Assembly: GCF_001194135.2 (NCBI RefSeq)
Contig: NC_068981.1
Location: 93,712,550 to 93,776,549, forward strand
Origin: Octopus bimaculoides
Taxonomy: Eukaryota
Direction of reading: 5' to 3'
Length of the DNA stretch: 64,000 nucleotides
Shown here: positions 53,100 to 64,000 of the stretch, in pieces
Layout: the number at the start of each line of letters is the position of its first letter
How positions within the stretch are numbered: position 1 is the stretch's first letter
Notes under the pieces: model-generated
The model's input: the letters and a program-made list of their open reading frames with translations, nothing else
What the model was told of the DNA's origin: nothing
Databases searched by the model: none
Position numbers and translations under genes: made by a program

Positions 53100-54915
53100 A
53101 AAAAAACCCATCATAATCATAACAGACCATACATGTACAATACTAGAAACCCGGGAGAATATAGATGAAGACAGCTTAGACCCCACATGCACACATATAA
53201 CACTAGATCAAAAGCTAAAACAGCTAGCAATAATGGGCCCTATAACCACCCTCTAATTTCTAAAAATATAGATTATACTACCCCTAAGCAACCAAAAAAG
53301 CGGTGGACGCTCTATTCTATGGCATACACCTCCCTTTTCATTAAATATTAAGAACTTAGCCAAATCCTTTTTTAACATATTAGGCTCCAACTTCACCCGT
53401 CAGCATAAGTATTGCTCTATCTTTAATAGATCTCCTTTAAAGTTATCCTACTCTTCCTCGCCCAACTTTGAGTTTATCTTAACAGTCTCTAATAGACGAA
53501 AAGTTTCTCCCTGTTATCAAAATATACACCGAAACCACTCTATGTACACATACGTAGCCTAACACACGCATAGCTCCAACATCGAATACAATACTTTACC
53601 AATCCTATTAACACTAATCAGAATACTAGTACCTGACCCCCACCACAAATATAGATAGGATAAATATTAACAATGATAGAAATAATAATGATGATGATGA
53701 TGATGATAACATAGACCAATCTGCCTTCATATCTACTCTCTCCCTAGGCAATATTACTGCCTCCATTCATGGTAATAATCCCCACAATGCTCACATGTAA
53801 CTGCCGCCGTAGGACCATTTGCCCTCTACAAACCCATTGCAGAAAGTATAACGTAATTTACAACTGTACCATCCTCAACACGCTGCACAACTCTACAACC
53901 ATATATATAGGATCGACTAAATATTTTAAACAGAGATACGCTGCATATCTCAATTCTTTTAGATATGAGAAACATAGTAAATCCACAACCCACACCAGTC
54001 ACATACAACATCTTAAAAAGAGGAATATTCCATATAACTTGTTATGGTCCATAATAGATTCAGGGCTTCCATACCAGTGTCAGCGCTCTGCTTGTAAGTT
54101 ATGTCTAAAAGAGGCATGCCATACATTAAAACATAACTCTTCGCAACTACTAATTAAGTATAATGAGGCCCTAGGTACATGCAACCACCGCTTTTTTCAT
54201 ACCTTCAAATTTCACCACAAGTCTAAATGCAACCTAAATCACAACACAGTACATATACCGAATACCCCTTAGGTAACCTTCAACAACCTTATTTGACTTT
54301 CCAATTTCTTAATTTTTTAATTTCTAATTCTTTAATTGTTTAATAATATAAATGCACACACACACATACACACACACACACATATATATACACTTGTATG
54401 CGTATATGTATAGATACATATGTATATATACATGTGTGAGTGTGCGAGCCTATATAAAAGTGCATATATACAATTATATGTGTGTGTGTGTGCGTATATC
54501 TATATACATATTTCTCTTTCTCTCACCCATTTATCATCCCAAATATCACTTTAGCTAGTATAATTTCTGACTTCATATAAATGCCTACATCTATTTTTAG
54601 TAACTTGACCATTATACCTTATTCTTCCCTACCTTTTTGAGATTTACTACTCACTTCTAGTACCCCGCTCCGTACCATATTCTTTATTTATCTCTCTACC
54701 TAAGTGCTTTTTCAAACGTATCAACTCACCTCCCACTTCCCATTTTTTTATTCTCATAATTCACTTTATACTTCTTATATCTCTACTATTTCCTTCTATT
54801 TAACTCTCTCATATATCGTCTCTGATAATGGGATATCTGGATATCTTTTATACCCTTGAAACAGTTGTAAGACTACCTTTCTCTTTATAAATGTCCTAGA
54901 AATTTCACACTGCCT
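53100..54915 (+). mobile_element. 5'-truncated Penelope-like element (thumb/linker + GIY-YIG endonuclease + pseudo-LTR)
   Basis: 53305-53500 reads GRSILWHTPPFSLNIKNLAKSFFNILGSNFTRQHKYCSIFNRSPLKLSYSSSPNF. ORF 53769-54272 has CNCRRRTICPLQTHC, VIYNCT...IYIGSTKYFKQRY (GIY-YIG) and CKLCLKE. Confidence 0.85.
54818..54873 (+). ncRNA. Minimal type I hammerhead ribozyme motif (core variant)
   Basis: GTCT-CTGATAA-[GGG..CCC stem II]-GAAA-CAGTTGT-A-AGAC: stem I GTCT/AGAC, stem III ACA/TGT, NUH = GUA; G8 replaced by A; lies at the 3' end of a PLE. Confidence 0.7.
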
Positions 54916-55689
54916 TGGCTTTGTTGTCTCATTTCATTTCATTTGACATTATATATATNNNNNNNNNNNNNNNNNNNNNNNNNNNNNNNNNNNNNNNNNN
55001 NNNNNNNNNNNNNNNNNNNNNNNNNNNNNNNNNNNNNNNNNNNNNNNNNNNNNNNNNNNNNNNNNNNNNNNNNNNNNNNNNNNNNNNNNNNNNNNNNNNN
55101 NNNNNNNNNNNNNNNNNNNNNNNNNNNNNNNNNNNNNNNNNNNNNNNNNNNNNNNNNNNNNNNNNNNNNNNNNNNNNNNNNNNNNNNNNNNNNNNNNNNN
55201 NNNNNNNNNNNNNNNNNNNNNNNNNNNNNNNNNNNNNNNNNNNNNNNNNNNNNNNNNNNNNNNNNNNNNNNNNNNNNNNNNNNNNNNNNNNNNNNNNNNN
55301 NNNNNNNNNNNNNNNNNNNNNNNNNNNNNNNNNNNNNNNNNNNNNNNNNNNNNNNNNNNNNNNNNNNNNNNNNNNNNNNNNNNNNNNNNNNNNNNNNNNN
55401 NNNNNNNNNNNNNNNNNNNNNNNNNNNNNNNNNNNNNNNNNNNNNNNNNNNNNNNNNNNNNNNNNNNNNNNNNNNNNNNNNNNNNNNNNNNNNNNNNNNN
55501 NNNNNNNNNNNNNNNNNNNNNNNNNNNNNNNNNNNNNNNNNNNNNNNNNNNNNNNNNNNNNNNNNNNNNNNNNNNNNNNNNNNNNNNNNNNNNNNNNNNN
55601 NNNNNNNNNNNNNNNNNNNNNNNNNNNNNNNNNNNNNNNTATATATGTATGTATGTATGTATGTATGTGTACGTGTCTGTGTGGAGGGT

Positions 55690-56025
55690 GGTATCTATGT
55701 GCAAAAAGACCTCCGTCGGTCATGAATGACCATGGGATTACACTTAGAAAGTTCCACTCCAAGGTACAATTGTATGAAAGACCAATAGTAGCCAATGCAC
55801 GCCAGCCTCCCCGCTGCACGCCACAGATGTTATCCAAGGGAAAGGCAAAGTCCAATACACCTTGGCATAAAAGACGTCGTAACTTATTTCTACAGCTGAA
55901 TGAACTGGAACAACGTGAAATAAAGTATCTTGCTCAAGAACTCAACACAAAGCCTGGTCTAGGAATCGAACTCACTACCTCATGATTGACGGCCCGACGC
56001 TCTAACCACTGAGTCATGCTCTTTC
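55690..56025 (-). mobile_element. SINE family C head with tail type 3
   Basis: Head/core reverse complement of CAACGTGAAATAAAGTATCTTGCTCAAGAAC...CTCTAACCACTGAG; tail unlike types 1 and 2. Confidence 0.75.
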
Positions 56026-56069
56026 ACATATCTATGTGTGTGTGTGTGTGTGTCTGTGTATAAGTATGC

Positions 56070-56106
<37 letters not shown>

Positions 56107-56885
56107 AATATATATATATATATTTATATATATATAAACACCTACATATCTATATATATACCTACATATATACATGCATACATACACTCACATATATATA
56201 ATGTTTGTGTGTGCGTGTGCGTGTGTGTGATTAAATATAATTTTGGTAAAAACTTGTATGCTAAGCGAAGCTTGTCCACAGTTATTGGCTACCTGATGTT
56301 ATTTGCTGCAGTGGATACACATCAGGAATTCCATAGTATTCATAGAGTTTATACAGAGATATGAATAAGAGAGAATGGATTGAACTACATTCTTACCACT
56401 ACAATTGTTTCCACACATTGTTACACCCATGATACACCCATAGTAAAATTGCCTGTCAGAAGTATATATTCGTGCATATATAAATAGCTATACGTGTGTA
56501 CTTTAGATCCCTTCCAAATAGATAGTCGAAAAGCGCAGAAATTGCCATTCTTTATCACTTTATCACATTCTCATCTCTAAACGCTTAATTTCATTCTTCA
56601 TGTTTTTTCTATTTCTTCTTAATAATTGACCATGAAAATAGAATTGTGATTTATAGTTAACTTCACATGGGAATTTTTGAGAGTGTTTATTTCTTTGTTT
56701 TTCCTTTTTGTATTTTGATTAATCTTCTGTTTTGTCTGTCACTATGTCTTAGTTTAGTTTTGTCAGGAAATTACTGAAAATGCCACACTGCTTTGGGGGT
56801 TAATTCTTGTATAAAGTGAAATGATATTATGATCTAACGAAGGATTTTTTTCAAAATAATCACCAGAAGAAACACATTTTACACC

Positions 56886-56971
56886 TTTAATGGATGATAT
56901 TAGTAGTTACCAGTTCCATCGTCAAAGAACTTCGACGATGGAACTGGTAATTGTTAATATCCTTTATTAAG
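56886..56971 (+). other. Long hairpin (candidate structured RNA or pri-miRNA)
   Basis: 17-bp perfect core stem (56907-56923/56934-56950) extending to ~38 bp with six G.U pairs and one mismatch; 10-nt loop. Confidence 0.6.
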
Positions 56972-57362
56972 AATATGCTTTAATTCTTCCTCACTAAAGA
57001 TGGTATAGTTGGCTTTTATATGGAAATCTTTGCTCAATGAGATATGCATTATTTACTCAACTATTCTAGAAACAGTTGTAAGGGACTTAATGCATGACTT
57101 CTTAATCCTTTATTTCCTCTAACAGCTGTTCTGTAATGTGACATCACATGTTTTGACTACTCATTCTTTCTTTCCATTATGCATATCTACATCTATACCC
57201 TCCTTCCTTTAAACTCCTCCTCCACGCCATTTACACACACCCTACACCTCATACCTTCTTTTTTCCACCGCAACTTCTACCCATACATACACACACACTC
57301 ACAAATACACGCACAAATATACATACGTGCATACATACATACATATGTATATATGTATATAA

Positions 57363-57476
<114 letters not shown>

Positions 57477-57613
57477 TTTGGGAAAAGAGTAGATCTTGAA
57501 GCAAAACACAGGGCAGATATTGGTTAAAAAAAACCTTTCAGATAGGAAAATCGATGGATGCCCATCATTCCAAAAATAAGAATTATTTTATAACACTAGT
57601 TGTGACGTCGATA

Positions 57614-57662
<49 letters not shown>

Positions 57663-58917
57663 TGTGTGTGTGTGTGTATGTGTGTGTGCGTGCGTGCGTG
57701 TGTGTGTGTGAGCGAGAGCGCGCGCGCGCGTGTGTAGTTCTTACACAGTTTCTCTTTGTTAAATTCCACACAATATATTCATCAACTGGAAGTTAAGTTT
57801 AAAAAATATTTTCCGTCTGGACCACGCAGTGTGTGATCGAGCCTATGGTTACGAAGCTAACTTTTCAACCCCGCAACCATTTAAAATATATTCGGCATAA
57901 ACATCAAACTTCTTTATTCCACTTTTATAAAATGTACCAAGTCAAAAGTAGAAAAATACTTTGAAGTTATTAATGTTAGAGAGATAAAGCATTGAAAATA
58001 TATGCTCGAATTTCAATATGTGAATTCAGTTACAGATATATGCAGGCATCTCTCAATCATCTTTCTGCCTCATACGTGATAGATGTATGAATATATTAAG
58101 GATATTAAAATATATTACTGTTTTTTCCGATAATATTGCTTTATGAATTTCATACAAACATAAGGTTATCTCTAGACGTGTAACAGCTGACTAAATAATA
58201 TTTCTCACATAGTAGGAAGAGTGACATGAGAAATGTGACATCTGTGCTCTCCACAGGAGCATTAGAGACATAAAAGGCCGAAAAGTTGGTTCTAACTGTA
58301 AATCAAATACACATTACAGACTCTGCTTAATAGCAACTTACTTCTTAGTCTTCGGTATTCCTTCTTACTTTCATCTTATATGATTCACAATCCTTTCTTA
58401 GCGACGGATTCAACGAAAGTGCTTGTATTTTATCAGTGAACTTGCTATAAATAGGAAACAAATCTCCCTCAAATAACACACTACTCTTTTAAATAAGGAG
58501 ATATATGACTGTGTAATATATAATATACGTAAGACGTGGATGGCTCCGCTTGGAATGCCATTAATCAGTGGTTTGGCCTTTGAGAGCTAGCCAGTGCATC
58601 CGCCGATTCTCTAGCCACTCTTTATACCTCACTCTAAACATCGTACTAAAGACTCTAACCTCTTTTAAGAACTGTAATTCATTCGTGTGCACGCTACCTC
58701 TCATTTAAAAGTTCGACTAGCATAAACATGAACCACATCTACTACATTAGTCCGCGAGGGACTAGTAAAAAAAGATAACTTCCTGTCTTTAATAAAATAT
58801 ATAAATGTTATAATCAACCAAACTCATCTTTGATAGCTATGCAAATCATATATTTTAAACTCATGCACCACCTGGGTCCACACAATTTTATTCTAAGCTT
58901 ATAAAAATCTTTCTCAG

Positions 58918-59033
58918 GTTTTTGTATCAGAACAAATTCATATATACAATATTGTGTATCTGTGGTGTGCTTGTGTGTGCACGCATTCCTAATCGTGTTT
59001 TCAGCAACAGTAACAGCAACGACTACTCAAAAG
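58918..59033 (+). CDS. Candidate exon (FCIRTNSYIQYCVSVVCLCVHAFLIVFSATVTATTTQK)
   Basis: Acceptor ATCTTTCTCAG|G, donor AAG|GTAATT; open frame with a hydrophobic stretch; ends in phase 0. Confidence 0.3.
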
Positions 59034-60145
59034 GTAATTATTTTCATTAAGAAGGTACACGGTTCAAATCCAAAAGTAATTGAAATATTAATACATCTGA
59101 CACTACTAGTTCATGTTGAAGCGAAAACGTATATTGAAACAAAGTAAGCCGCAAAACTAGATTCTGTAAAGCATCTTGTCTACTATATGCATATTAATTT
59201 CCCGGCCTAGTCTTCTTTGTGAATCGGTTTTCCTCTATAAACACGAGTACTTATAATATAGGAATATAGAATAGAGATGCTGCGACTTCTGTGCTTTTCA
59301 CATAAGCAACTGAATTATGTTCAACCGTCACTTGTTATTAATACTTTCAATAAAAAGCATGAACATTACACAATCATAGTTTTACTTTTAGCAAATCGTA
59401 GAGACTGTATCGGTATAAGGAATTTCACAACTTTGAAATCATTGACTCTTTCCCTGTCCTATGTCTTACATGTAATACACAGGACATGTTTCCATAGCGT
59501 CCATGCATCATATATGATTCACATTCTCAACTTTTTCAACCACTTGAGTAACTTGGAACTTATGAATGGAAAACTTTATATCAGATCGTTTAAACAAGAG
59601 CTAACTAAATGTCTGCAAACAAGCATGGACATTTAGGAAAAACTTATTAAAATGATTTGAACTGTCAAAGGGATAAAGAAATAGTCGGAAGCAAAGTTAA
59701 TAGAAGTTTCGGTTCCACAACTAAGTTGTTTAGATTATTTTTAACCAATAATATTAACATCACCGTGAAAAATACTCATTGCAACTTCATCTTCTGCTCC
59801 TCAAAATTCCTCAAGCTCTGTCTAAAATAATTATATAGTATTCAACCTGTTTATTTTATAAGAATATTTCTATTAAACACTCTTTCATTTTTACTCCAAT
59901 TTCACACGCACCCTTTTCTTTAGTGTTGGCAATTCTAATAGTTGCATACACAATTATTTTCTGTTTTTCTGAAATATTTGTTTTCAACTGTGCTTTTAAA
60001 ATCCATTACGATAAAGTATATAAATAGATTTTTACTTTAAATACCAAAGTGTGTACTGAAAATACATATTACAAAAGAAAGGAAAATATTAGCAGCTAAA
60101 ACATTATTCTTAATTGGTAGAATTGTATGTAGTTTTTTCTTTCAG

Positions 60146-60177
60146 ATGGAATTCGTATTTCATATTCTAGAGAAAAG
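60146..60177 (+). CDS. Candidate 32-nt exon (MEFVFHILEK-R)
   Basis: Acceptor GTTTTTTCTTTCAG, weaker donor AAG|GTCAGC; phase-compatible with its neighbours. Confidence 0.25.
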
Positions 60178-61644
60178 GTCAGCTTAACTTATTGATTAGC
60201 AATAAAATATGAGAGAACATTTATATACGATCTTCTTAGAATGATAAGAAAATTCATTTCCCCAGGGATTTCGTTTGAACAACGCTATTTAAGAATCATT
60301 CTTAGATTCTATAAAGTATTAGTAAAAATACGAAAAATTCAGTACATAAAATTGATCACGATGTGAAGTAACATTTTCCATATGTATGCTTAGACTGATC
60401 AGTATTATCAGACATAAACACTAGAGATATGGTGAAATTATTCTGTTTCAACAAGGTATTTATCAATGAACAGCTATCGCTCTCTGGCAATGCTCCTGAG
60501 TGGTAGTACATTCATAAATGACTCACTCTCCTCAATGGAAGATAATTCAAGCAATGAATACATGAATAATAGAAATAGAAATATTGAAGTACTGCAATGT
60601 GATTCGATTGCATTTCAGCAATATGATGCGGATAGATACAAAAATGCCAGAACCATTCGAGAAACTCTATTGCAACTTTTAGCTGATCTTCAAGTCTCGA
60701 ATAGAAGGAAATCAGAACTGTTACAAAATCGGACCAAATTCGTTATAATGTTAAGTTCTGTTTCTCTCCATGTTCCGATTACAGACTCTTCTGTGGCAAA
60801 TAAAATAAGTCCAGTGGTAATGTGTTAAAGTCGATTCATGTGACAGACTACATTATTTACCATGAAAATAGTCCTCTGTGATCACAAGAAATCAATATTT
60901 CATACAGTTCTAGCGAGCGTTGAAAGGCAAACGATAATCCCCTGGCGAAATGTGGTGGAGAATCAATTTTCAATGACCGGTTAGCTCAAGCTCATCTCAT
61001 TCATACCGATAATGATCTTAGAACATGCATAACAGTACGAACATCATAATACCTCATTATCCCTTCTCTTAAAAGAAAGTAAGTAACAACATAGGCTTTA
61101 TGCAACAAAGGCAACATCAACAGCATTTGGAACAGTAACAGAACAATGATATTTAAAGTATATTACCTCAACAACGGTTGTAATTACTCCAGTTATTAAT
61201 TTAGGAGGTTTTGATTCATATCCTTTCATATTCGTCATCAGTTCAGCGTTGTTCAGAGCAATACCTCTAACTTTCAATCTCATCCAGGCAGCATAATAGA
61301 TAACATCAGGTTTGCTGAAGAACTTATGTATATTCTGAGCTCCTATCGACAAATTCTGCTATGGATAAACAATGAGACAGACTGGTGCTGCATAAAACAA
61401 CAGAGATAACACTATAAAAACGAATGTAGTTTAGTGGCTGAACGCACCTTCTAATAAATGTTTGTGAGTATAGGAAAATAAGAGATATATAATTCGGCTA
61501 AAAATTGCAATGTTTTTACAAAGTTTGCATTCTTTCAAGGCAGGTATCATTATTCGATCATTCTGATCTGATGTTGGTAATAATAACAGTAATTTCTCAT
61601 CACAATGTTAAGAATATGAATCTTCTCTTTTTTTTTTTTTTCAG

Positions 61645-61690
61645 ATTTATAAACGATGAATGTAATGCAATGATAAAGTTACTACGATAG
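61645..61690 (+). CDS. Candidate terminal coding exon (FINDECNAMIKLLR*)
   Basis: Very strong pyrimidine tract TCTTCTC(T)nCAG; phase-compatible with 60146-60177. Confidence 0.25.
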
Positions 61691-62656
61691 CATTAACAAA
61701 AAATAGATTATTTTATCTACAGCTATACCATTCTAGCCGAAGACCATTCTTATTTATAGTGATATAAACATAGAAAAGTTAATGACAATACATTATCTTC
61801 TTTTTTGTGTGTGGTATATTTTTTGTACTATAGACAGAAACCAAGATGCGCTGCCATAATTGCGTTCCTACCAAACATAAAGCGAACGGTTCAATATATA
61901 TCACAGTCTGCCTATTTTGGGAGTTACCAAATTCATTTAATAATAATTTCTATTCCTACGTTAGGCATCACCGATTCTTAGTTTTCAAACTAATCTGAGA
62001 CGCAAAGACGCTTATCGAAGCAAAATCTCATCACAAACAACAAATAAAAGATTGGCTCTTATCATTACTAAACAGTAATTGTGTTTTTGGTCTGCGGCAA
62101 AATGTATCTTCGCAAATTACATTTATCACTTTCCACCTCTTGATGATCCTTAAGGGTAAAAATATGATGTTTATATTCAGTAAACAAGAATTGTTAGACT
62201 GAGCACTCTCTAAGTCGCTAATGCAACAATAAATAAAGCAGTTATGCTCCAAATAGATTCAAAGAGAGTTTTCAATGGATTTCAGTGTGAAGCATGGTGA
62301 TTATTTTTGTAACGAAAATAAATAAGTTAATTTTCAAATAGCTTCAAAGCATACAGTAAGGTTATTATTAACCTCTCTCAAATACTGCTTTCTCATCTAT
62401 TAACATTGCGAAATATATAAACACACTCTTATACATACACACGAAAGTATGTTTAAATATTTNNNNNNNNNNNNNNNNNNNNNNNNNNNNNNNNNNNNNN
62501 NNNNNNNNNNNNNNNNNNNNNNNNNNNNNNNNNNNNNNNNNNNNNNNNNNNNNNNNNNNNNNNNNNNNNNNNNNNNNNNNNNNNNNNNNNNNNNNNNNNN
62601 NNNNNNNNNNNNNNNNNNNNNNNNNNNNNNNNNNNNNNNNNNNNNNNNNNNNNNNN

Positions 62657-63528
62657 AGGCATTAAAAATTGGTAATAAAATTTATATTCCTTTTACAAAT
62701 TTATTGAAACAAGTGATACATGTTCTCTGTTACATGGGAAAATGAAAGTAAATCTTCATATTTCAGCGTAAGCACTAGTGGTGTCAACCAGTTTCCTCAA
62801 ACGGTCAGGGATAGAATGACCAACCTTCTGATGGGTGTCGTCTAGGATATCAATGAGAACCTCCTGAATCCGTGTCTCCAAGTCCTTCAGCCTGCGAGAT
62901 TTTGTCCTGTACACCTCCTCTTTTGTGTAACCCCACAGGTAAATATGACATGGATCGAGATCTGGACATCTTGGAGTTCTGGAGTTCTGGACTTCTGCGG
63001 TCAGTCTTCAAGTTTTAGCTCCTGCACGTATTAAGGTTTCCACGGACGAAAATTCAATTCTTTGTGCAACACCGTACGTATTGTGTGCCTTGTTAGTCCA
63101 CTTTCACGAGTTGCTTGACGTGTTGATTTTTGTGGGCTGCAATTAAACATTTCCTGCACTGTTGTAATGTCTCCGCTGATCGAGAAGCGATTGGACAGCC
63201 ACTTGTTCTTGCATCATTCACAGAGCTCGTGGTCATCAGCTTTGCCCAACATTTTATTGTCTCTGGACGTAGTGTTTCATACACGCCACCATCTCTGAAC
63301 CACAACAGTTGAATTCCACACTTCATAGCGTGCTGCTATCTTAGCTCGCTCCTGAACAATCAAGCGACCGGCCATATGGAAAATAAGAAATAAGAAATAG
63401 GACATTAAAAAAATATAAGAAATCTTCATTCGTGCTGTCTGTTTAAAAAAATGTTTTTGTCATGACTTCAGTGATACTAAAAATTCAATAAGCAATTTCT
63501 AATGCCTAGTTACTTTCCACCCACCCTG
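62657..63528 (-). mobile_element. Internally deleted Tc1/mariner-type transposon
   Basis: TIR CAGGGTGGGTGGAAAGTAACTAGGCATTAG at 63528 next to TA. N-terminal HTH-like region (...SVNDARTSGCPIASRSAE). C-terminus PRCPDLDPCHIYLWGYTKEEVYRTK...RIQEVL (WPPRSPDL-type). The other TIR runs into the gap at 62657. Confidence 0.8.
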
Positions 63529-63824
63529 TATATATTCAAGGGTTTGCTTACATGCATATTGCTGTGTATATGTATAGCATATATTTATCTATTTATNNNN
63601 NNNNNNTATATGAGGGTTTATGTGTATATCTGTCTATGTGTACGTTTATGCATAGATGTGTCTAGAACATTCGAATACTATCATAGTCTCATTTAAACAG
63701 CTAAGATGAGTCAGTAATCGAGTCTCTATACAGCTGTTCGACGTACATATTCCCCAGTCAAATTCCCTCAAATTGCGTCTTGCAGTCTTATTAAAAATTA
63801 AATGTGTGCATTGACCAATATAAG

Positions 63825-63980
63825 GTATGACTGTTTGGTAAGAAACTTACTTCCCAACCAGTACCACTGAGTGACACTTTGGGCAAGTGTCTTCCACTAT
63901 AAGGTCGGGCCGACCAAAGTCGTTTGTGCTTGTGAGTGTAAGGTGGATTTGGTAGGCGGAAACTGAAAGAAGCCCGTCGT
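63825..63980 (+). mobile_element. SINE family A, degenerate
   Basis: TGGTAAGAAACTTACTTCCCAACC...GGCAAGTGTCTT...GGAAACTGAAAGAAGCCCGTCGT. Confidence 0.75.
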
Positions 63981-64000
63981 TTGTGGTAAGTAGCTTGCTT

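Noticed and set aside
56934-56958. Resemblance of the hairpin 3' arm (GATGGAACTGGTA) to miR-183/263 family sequences
   Set aside because: Seed mismatch and wrong arm; not assigned to a known family.
59277-60828. Two ~120-aa non-repetitive ORFs (59277-59636, 60466-60828)
   Set aside because: A few ORFs of this length are expected by chance in six frames of 64 kb; no motifs recognised.
61098-61352. ORF with KPDVIYY..KPP..YFKYHC, superficially like a Cys-loop receptor ligand-binding segment
   Set aside because: No WxPD tryptophan, no Cys-loop, stops on both sides, no supporting exons; cannot be supported without a profile search.

Overview
AT-rich eukaryotic (animal) genomic DNA, densely packed with microsatellites and decayed mobile elements. 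There are about 17 N-gaps, most bordered by simple repeats. The tRNA-derived SINE types and microsatellite load suggest an octopus/coleoid cephalopod draft assembly (inference, not verified). No complete protein-coding gene, rRNA, tRNA gene or CRISPR array is visible, and most listed ORFs are translated microsatellites or gaps. Supported content: (1) a decayed near-full-length Penelope-like element (PLE; RT + GIY-YIG, ~18.0-21.7 kb) preceded by an inverted copy of its own 3' end; (2) a second 5'-truncated PLE of a different type (53.1-54.9 kb) with a minimal type I hammerhead ribozyme motif; (3) four very short (138-164 bp) LTR-like elements with 5-bp target-site duplications, one retaining a tRNA-Ser-like primer-binding site; (4) an R4/Dong-like restriction-endonuclease LINE fragment in (TAA)n, and an RT fragment of a probable APE-type LINE; (5) several Tc1/mariner remnants; (6) many SINEs, including a head-to-tail array and one head with three different tails; (7) several long hairpins, one with pri-miRNA-like geometry. 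A low-confidence set of in-phase small exons on the + strand may belong to a host gene spanning the window.
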